This document shows, piece after piece, positions 44,907-49,051 of a DNA stretch of 49,051 bases. The stretch comes from an archaeon. Its GTDB lineage: Archaea; Aenigmatarchaeota; Aenigmatarchaeia; Aenigmatarchaeales; DATDXV01. The notes under the pieces are model-generated. The model had not been told where the DNA came from, made no database searches, and saw only the letters and a list, made by a program, of their open reading frames with translations. How positions within the stretch are numbered: position 1 is the first letter of the stretch; every line of letters starts with the position of its first letter. The stretch lies in NCBI GenBank assembly GCA_035289205.1, contig DATDXV010000021.1, positions 1-49,051 on the forward strand, read 5' to 3'. A program made the position numbers and the translations under genes.

Positions 44907-45474
44907 TCATCCTTAGAATAGACCTTTCAAATTCCCTGTCAAAATAATCCAATAAATCTTTCTCCATCTTGTCTTCATCGCCAAAAACATCCTCTAAAGT
45001 GCGCTTCATGCTCATGTAATCGATCTTCATACCCTTTATAAAAATCTCTTCAAAGTTCTCTTCCAATGGAGAAACAGCACTCTCACCGAAATCAATTATC
45101 TTAATTTCTGGATCATACCCATCTGGAGAAATTATTATGTTGCCTGCACCAATGTCGCGATGCGTAAACCCTAATCTAATTTCATCTGCCAAGAGCCTTG
45201 CCAAATTCTTCGCTACTTTAGCCGATGTTTCATCCCTCCATTTTTTCTCATCAGCAGCAGACCTATAATCGCGGATTACGTCCCTGCCTTGGGCATAAAC
45301 ACCTACAGCCCTCTGTGTCTTATAGGGATCTTCTGTAACAAGCACTAATTCCTGCACATACTTCGAAGGCTGCCCAACAAATTGAGCCATAAGTGAAGGG
45401 ATTCCTTTGCAGTCCAAATCAGAAAGCATATTTCCCTCCTTTGTCTTACCGATTATCTTAAAGGTCATAATCAT
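44887..45474 (-). CDS. minimal protein-kinase-like protein
   Basis: FTHRDIGAGNIII (HRDxxxxN catalytic loop) and IIDFGES (DFG). Only 195 aa; no clear Gly-rich loop. Confidence 0.5.
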   Translation of the reverse strand: MIMTFKIIGKTKEGNMLSDLDCKGIPSLMAQFVGQPSKYVQELVLVTEDPYKTQRAVGVYAQGRDVIRDYRSAADEKKWRDETSAKVAKNLARLLADEIRLGFTHRDIGAGNIIISPDGYDPEIKIIDFGESAVSPLEENFEEIFIKGMKIDYMSMKRTLEDVFGDEDKMEKDLLDYFDREFERSILRMNGESAG

Positions 45475-45581
45475 AGTTGTGTAAGCGATTATTTAAAGCT
45501 TACTTATTTTAACTACTTAAAAGTGATTATACTATTAAGTGGCAATCTTTCTTATAAATAATCTCAGGAAATATTGTTAGT

Positions 45582-45833
45582 ATGGCAAAAACTCTTGTGG
45601 GAAAGGTTGAACACTACTTCGGAAAGGTCGGCGTTGCAATAGTGGATCTCTCGGACACAGTAAAAGTCGGGGATAAGATCGCCATAGAGGGCCCTTCTAC
45701 GATGTTCGAGCAGGTGATAGATTCCATACAGGTCGAGCATAAGCCTGTCCAGTCTGCAAAGAAGGGCGACGCGATAGGGATCAAGGTCAAGGACAAGGTT
45801 CGAGAGAAGGACAATGTTTTCCGCGTTGTTTAG
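45582..45833 (+). CDS. small EF-Tu domain-2-like beta-barrel protein
   Basis: GKVEHYFGKVGVAIVDLSDTVKVGDKIAIEG...KKGDAIGIKV. Confidence 0.5.
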   Translation: MAKTLVGKVEHYFGKVGVAIVDLSDTVKVGDKIAIEGPSTMFEQVIDSIQVEHKPVQSAKKGDAIGIKVKDKVREKDNVFRVV

Positions 45834-45873
45834 ACTGAAAATCAATAAATAGAAGTGGCTACATCTATAGGGA

Positions 45874-47253
45874 ATGCATGACCTCGAGAAGTTCTTTTCA
45901 CCCCAGTCCATAGCCGTGATCGGTGCAAGCAGAACACCTGGCAAGATTGGTTACACTATTCTGGAAAACCTAAAAGTCACCTTCCAAGGCAAGCTATACC
46001 CTATAAATCCTAATGCAGACGAAATACTAGGTTTAGCAGCTTTTCCCTCTGTATTAGAGGTGCCTGAACCCATTGATCTCGCTGTAGTGAGTGTGCCAGC
46101 AGAAAAGGTCAAATCTATCATAGAAGAGTGTAAAAAGAAGAAGATAAGGTCTTGTATCATAATATCGTCAGGATTCAGTGAGATAGGGGATAAAGAAGCT
46201 GAATTAGAGCTTCGTCAGATTTCTAAAGGTTCTATGAGGATAATTGGTCCGAATACACTAGGTGTCTTTGCACCAACTAAGCTAGATACGCTGTTTCTGC
46301 AGAGAGAGAGGCTCAAAAGACCTTCTAAGGGAAATATAGGTTTCATAACTCAATCTGGAGCCGTAGGGTCAGCTTTAATCGACTCCTTATCCTTGGAGGG
46401 TGTTGGATTAGCTAAGTTCATCTCTTTAGGCAATAAAGTTGATATCAATGAATTAGACTGCTTAGAGTACATGGAGAACGATGTAGAGATACGCTGTATT
46501 TCAATATATCTAGAGTCCATAACAGACGGAAGAAGGTTGATAGAGCTCGGTAAGAAGGTCTCTAAGAAAAAGCCGGTTGTTATACTGAAAGCTGGCAAAT
46601 CAGAGGCTGGCAACAGGGCTGTTGCTTCGCATACAGGAGCCTTGGCGGGACCTTATGCAATTGCCTCAGCAGCTATGCGGCAGGCAGGCTTTATAGAGGT
46701 AGAAAGCTCAGAGGAGCTCTTTGACGCCTCCAAAGCCCTGGCAGACCAGCCAATACTCAAGGACAAGAAGATAGCTATTATCACGGATGGGGGAGGTTTT
46801 GGTATCCTGGCGGCAGATGCTGCAACCAAGCTTGGCCTGGAACTGCCTGAGCTATCTGACCATGCAAAGAAAGTTCTAAAGAATCTCTTGCCAAAATACG
46901 CCTCCATTGCAAATCCCATAGACCTGACAGGCGATGCCACTTCAGAAAGATACAAGAAAACCCTTGATGCGGTATTCAAAGATGGCAACATTGCAGGGGT
47001 TGTCCTCGTTGTTCTTCTGCAGATACCTACGCTGGATGATAATGTTCTAACGGTGATCAGGGACTGCAAGATCTATGGGAAGCCCTTCACAGTCTGCATG
47101 ATGGGAAGCCAGTGGACCCAGGAGCGCACTAGAAAGCTGCAGGAGTTCGGCGTTCCCGTATATCCTACACCTGAAAGGGCAGTAAAGGCCATGCATGCCC
47201 TCTATAGATATGGCCAGTATCTGAAGGAAAATACAACTACCTCTAAGAAGTAA
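45874..47253 (+). CDS. ADP-forming acetyl-CoA synthetase alpha-type subunit (CoA-binding + ligase-CoA domains)
   Basis: FFSPQSIAVIGASRTPGKIGYTILENL, LYPINP, GPNTLGV, ITQSGA, ASHTGALAG. Confidence 0.8.
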   Translation: MHDLEKFFSPQSIAVIGASRTPGKIGYTILENLKVTFQGKLYPINPNADEILGLAAFPSVLEVPEPIDLAVVSVPAEKVKSIIEECKKKKIRSCIIISSGFSEIGDKEAELELRQISKGSMRIIGPNTLGVFAPTKLDTLFLQRERLKRPSKGNIGFITQSGAVGSALIDSLSLEGVGLAKFISLGNKVDINELDCLEYMENDVEIRCISIYLESITDGRRLIELGKKVSKKKPVVILKAGKSEAGNRAVASHTGALAGPYAIASAAMRQAGFIEVESSEELFDASKALADQPILKDKKIAIITDGGGFGILAADAATKLGLELPELSDHAKKVLKNLLPKYASIANPIDLTGDATSERYKKTLDAVFKDGNIAGVVLVVLLQIPTLDDNVLTVIRDCKIYGKPFTVCMMGSQWTQERTRKLQEFGVPVYPTPERAVKAMHALYRYGQYLKENTTTSKK

Positions 47254-47286
47254 CATATTTAAAAACCCTCCGGAACAATAGTTCTC

Positions 47287-48057
47287 ATGGCAATTGGATA
47301 CTCATGGCCCGTTGAAAGAGTAGACATTTCAAAGGCATTGGCAGTTTATCCCAATGAGGATCTGTTATTGCAACCAGCTTCTTACAGGAGCGTATTCAAG
47401 AAAGAACAGTTGCTAGATATAAAAGAAGCCTCAAAAAAGAGAGAGGTAAGATCTGTTCATATAAAGCCCTATGGCTGGGCGGATGCCGATGAAAAAAGCG
47501 CGGAAGAGCTAACCGGAGAACTTCAGCATATAGAAGAAATCCTTCCGGGCGTGGAAACTATAGTCACCCATCCTCCGATAGCCATATTTGCTGATGCCTA
47601 TCAAAATATCTTCAGGAGATATATTGGTATTCTGAGTAGAGCTGTAAATAATACCGACAACATAAGGATAGCTATAGAAAACATGAGAAGTGCAAACACT
47701 ATGTGCTCTCCGGAACGAATAAGGTATGTTAGAAAGCTTCTTGACAGATCGCAGGAACCAAGAATCGGCTTTGCCATAGATACATCGCATCTTCATCTGA
47801 GAAACAGAAAGAAAATGTCTAGAAGGAATGCGAATATGCGAACTTTCAATGAATTTTATGAGGAGGCAGGGAAAGAGAGGGTATTCCAGCTGCATATATC
47901 CGACCCCAAGCACAGCGCACTGAGCGATAGGCACTTTGACTGGAATGATATAATAGCAGGCGAAAAGACAGTTTTGATTGACAAGATAATGGAAGTCAAG
48001 ACGCCTGAAGAACTTAAGAGCTCTGTAGAATATCTAAAAGAAAATAAATTTATCTAA
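47287..48057 (+). CDS. xylose-isomerase-like TIM-barrel protein (endonuclease IV / sugar-phosphate isomerase superfamily)
   Basis: AIENM, IDTSHLHL, LHISD metal-ligand-like motifs. Confidence 0.45.
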   Translation: MAIGYSWPVERVDISKALAVYPNEDLLLQPASYRSVFKKEQLLDIKEASKKREVRSVHIKPYGWADADEKSAEELTGELQHIEEILPGVETIVTHPPIAIFADAYQNIFRRYIGILSRAVNNTDNIRIAIENMRSANTMCSPERIRYVRKLLDRSQEPRIGFAIDTSHLHLRNRKKMSRRNANMRTFNEFYEEAGKERVFQLHISDPKHSALSDRHFDWNDIIAGEKTVLIDKIMEVKTPEELKSSVEYLKENKFI

Positions 48058-48887
48058 AGAACCTTCTGAAGCCTTCTTGCCTTGGAAGCTATATATCCTC
48101 TGTTTCTCTCTGGAGTTCCATTCTGTTCCAAAACCTTTCTTGTTTCCTCCAGATGAGGGGCTATTCCCAAGCCGTCTTCAATTACTCTGTACCTCAGAAG
48201 GCAGTTTGAAACCTTCTCAGCATCAACCTCGAAAAGCTTGCCAGAGACCGGAATCATAAAACTGGCGCTCTGTCCCTCTCTAACTGCGTCGAGAAGCCTT
48301 CTGAATTCGCCCTCTGTATAGATCGACTCGTTTGTCTTTATCCATGAGGTCAAAACTGGGTCGTCTATCCCCTTCTTTCTGAGTTTCCTTCTCTCATTTC
48401 CCAGCCCTGCCCTAACGCGATTGACAGTAGCGGCAACATCGTCCTTGCTCAAAGCAGAAGATTGCATATCAGCATATTCAGGCCTGAATCCTGCCAGATG
48501 TTCTATAAGATCATTCTGTCTTTCCCCAACTATCACATAAAGGTCAAGGTCGCTTATTCCAGGAACAGCCAAGCCTCTTTCAGTAGAGCCAAAGACTACA
48601 AGACTGTAAGGAGCGCCTGTCTGCTTCAATCTTTCATTTATTTCATAAGCAACATTCTGAATTGACCAGCTGTCAATCCTAGCCTGATAGCTAGAACCGT
48701 TGTAAGGAAGCGGTGAAGGTTTCTTTGCAGTGGGATCCCTTCTCTCCTTCTCCTTTTCCGGCTTTCCCTCATCTTCAAAGTTGTCTATATCAGCATAATT
48801 TCCGTCAGAGTCTATGCCCAGTCCGAAGGCCTCATATTGAGGCTTCTCTACAACAAGATCATTTATATCAGATGCTGCTATTGCCAT
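48054..48887 (-). CDS. Pol-beta-type nucleotidyltransferase-domain protein (start re-assigned to MAIAAS)
   Basis: VVFGSTERGLAVPGISDLDLYVIV (GS...DxD). The upstream ORF stops at 48892-48894, 5 nt before this ATG. Confidence 0.55.
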   Translation of the reverse strand: MAIAASDINDLVVEKPQYEAFGLGIDSDGNYADIDNFEDEGKPEKEKERRDPTAKKPSPLPYNGSSYQARIDSWSIQNVAYEINERLKQTGAPYSLVVFGSTERGLAVPGISDLDLYVIVGERQNDLIEHLAGFRPEYADMQSSALSKDDVAATVNRVRAGLGNERRKLRKKGIDDPVLTSWIKTNESIYTEGEFRRLLDAVREGQSASFMIPVSGKLFEVDAEKVSNCLLRYRVIEDGLGIAPHLEETRKVLEQNGTPERNRGYIASKARRLQKVL

Positions 48888-48891
48888 AATA

Positions 48892-49051
48892 TCACTTCTC
48901 CTGAACATACCTCCATTTTGAGGCAGCATAGACAGGGTCAGAGTTAAAATCCAGCCTCATCTGTTCCTCCATCCTCTGCTCCTCATAGCGATCGAGCCAG
49001 ACAGAGCTAACCAAGCCTTCTCCTAGAATAGTCCTGATCAGAGGTTCTGTT
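48892..49051 (-). CDS. 3' end of a hypothetical protein (partial, runs off right edge)
   Basis: Open frame TEPLIRTILGEGLVSSVWLDRYEEQRMEEQMRLDFNSDPVYAASKWRYVQEK ending at TGA 48892-48894. Confidence 0.3.
   Translation of the reverse strand, partial: TEPLIRTILGEGLVSSVWLDRYEEQRMEEQMRLDFNSDPVYAASKWRYVQEK

Noticed and set aside
1-49051. TAG reassigned as a sense codon (explaining the amber-split FlaJ and DGR target)
   Set aside because: TAG also terminates well-delimited genes here, such as the pilin at 410-412 and the V4R gene at 9873-9875. No Pyl machinery is visible. Ordinary nonsense splits are more parsimonious. It remains testable genome-wide.
1-49051. CRISPR arrays, rRNA genes, IS elements, integrases
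   Set aside because: No regularly spaced direct repeats, rRNA-like segments, transposase or integrase motifs, or terminal inverted repeats were seen on visual reading of both strands.

Overview
Archaeal chromosomal window with about 70 protein genes and 4 tRNAs, tightly packed, with many ATGA or 4-nt overlaps. The archaeal assignment rests on gene content: fibrillarin plus Nop5, eS17, aMBF1, isopentenyl phosphate kinase plus mevalonate kinase, TrmB regulators, Pilin_N-type prepilins, intron-bearing tRNAs with TATA boxes at about -25, and apparently leaderless genes. A DPANN-like, small-genome host is my inference only. All calls come from reading the sequence and ORF track and from remembered family motifs; no searches were run. 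Main blocks: (1) 410-8296, a type IV pilus locus with 7 prepilin-like genes, a FlaI/PilB-type ATPase, a FlaH/KaiC-like ATPase and a FlaJ/PilC-type membrane protein split in two by one in-frame TAG. A DUF4258/DUF2283 pair is inserted in the opposite orientation. (2) 9681-12821, a V4R - KaiC-like ATPase - V4R operon with two paralogous small membrane proteins. (3) 13327-14406, a disrupted Taw1 (tRNA wyosine radical-SAM) gene whose conserved SHRCVQMTP motif lies out of frame. (4) Housekeeping genes: IleRS, M20 peptidase, MBF1, HD and DHH phosphoesterases, fibrillarin/Nop5, eS17, MVK/IPK, agmatinase, aminotransferase and ADP-forming acetyl-CoA synthetase alpha and beta. (5) 27946-30124, the strongest finding: a complete diversity-generating retroelement (DGR). 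It has an RT with the IGxxxSQ signature, a 115-nt template repeat and a 76-nt variable repeat in an adjacent small target gene. All 14 TR/VR mismatches fall on TR adenines. Unusual details are two in-frame TR-only blocks and an in-frame amber codon in the target. (6) 32745-38928, four tRNA genes, three with introns: one non-canonical in the anticodon stem, and one 181-nt tRNA-Leu. A free-standing LAGLIDADG homing endonuclease sits in an AT-rich island among them. No rRNA, CRISPR array or IS element was seen.
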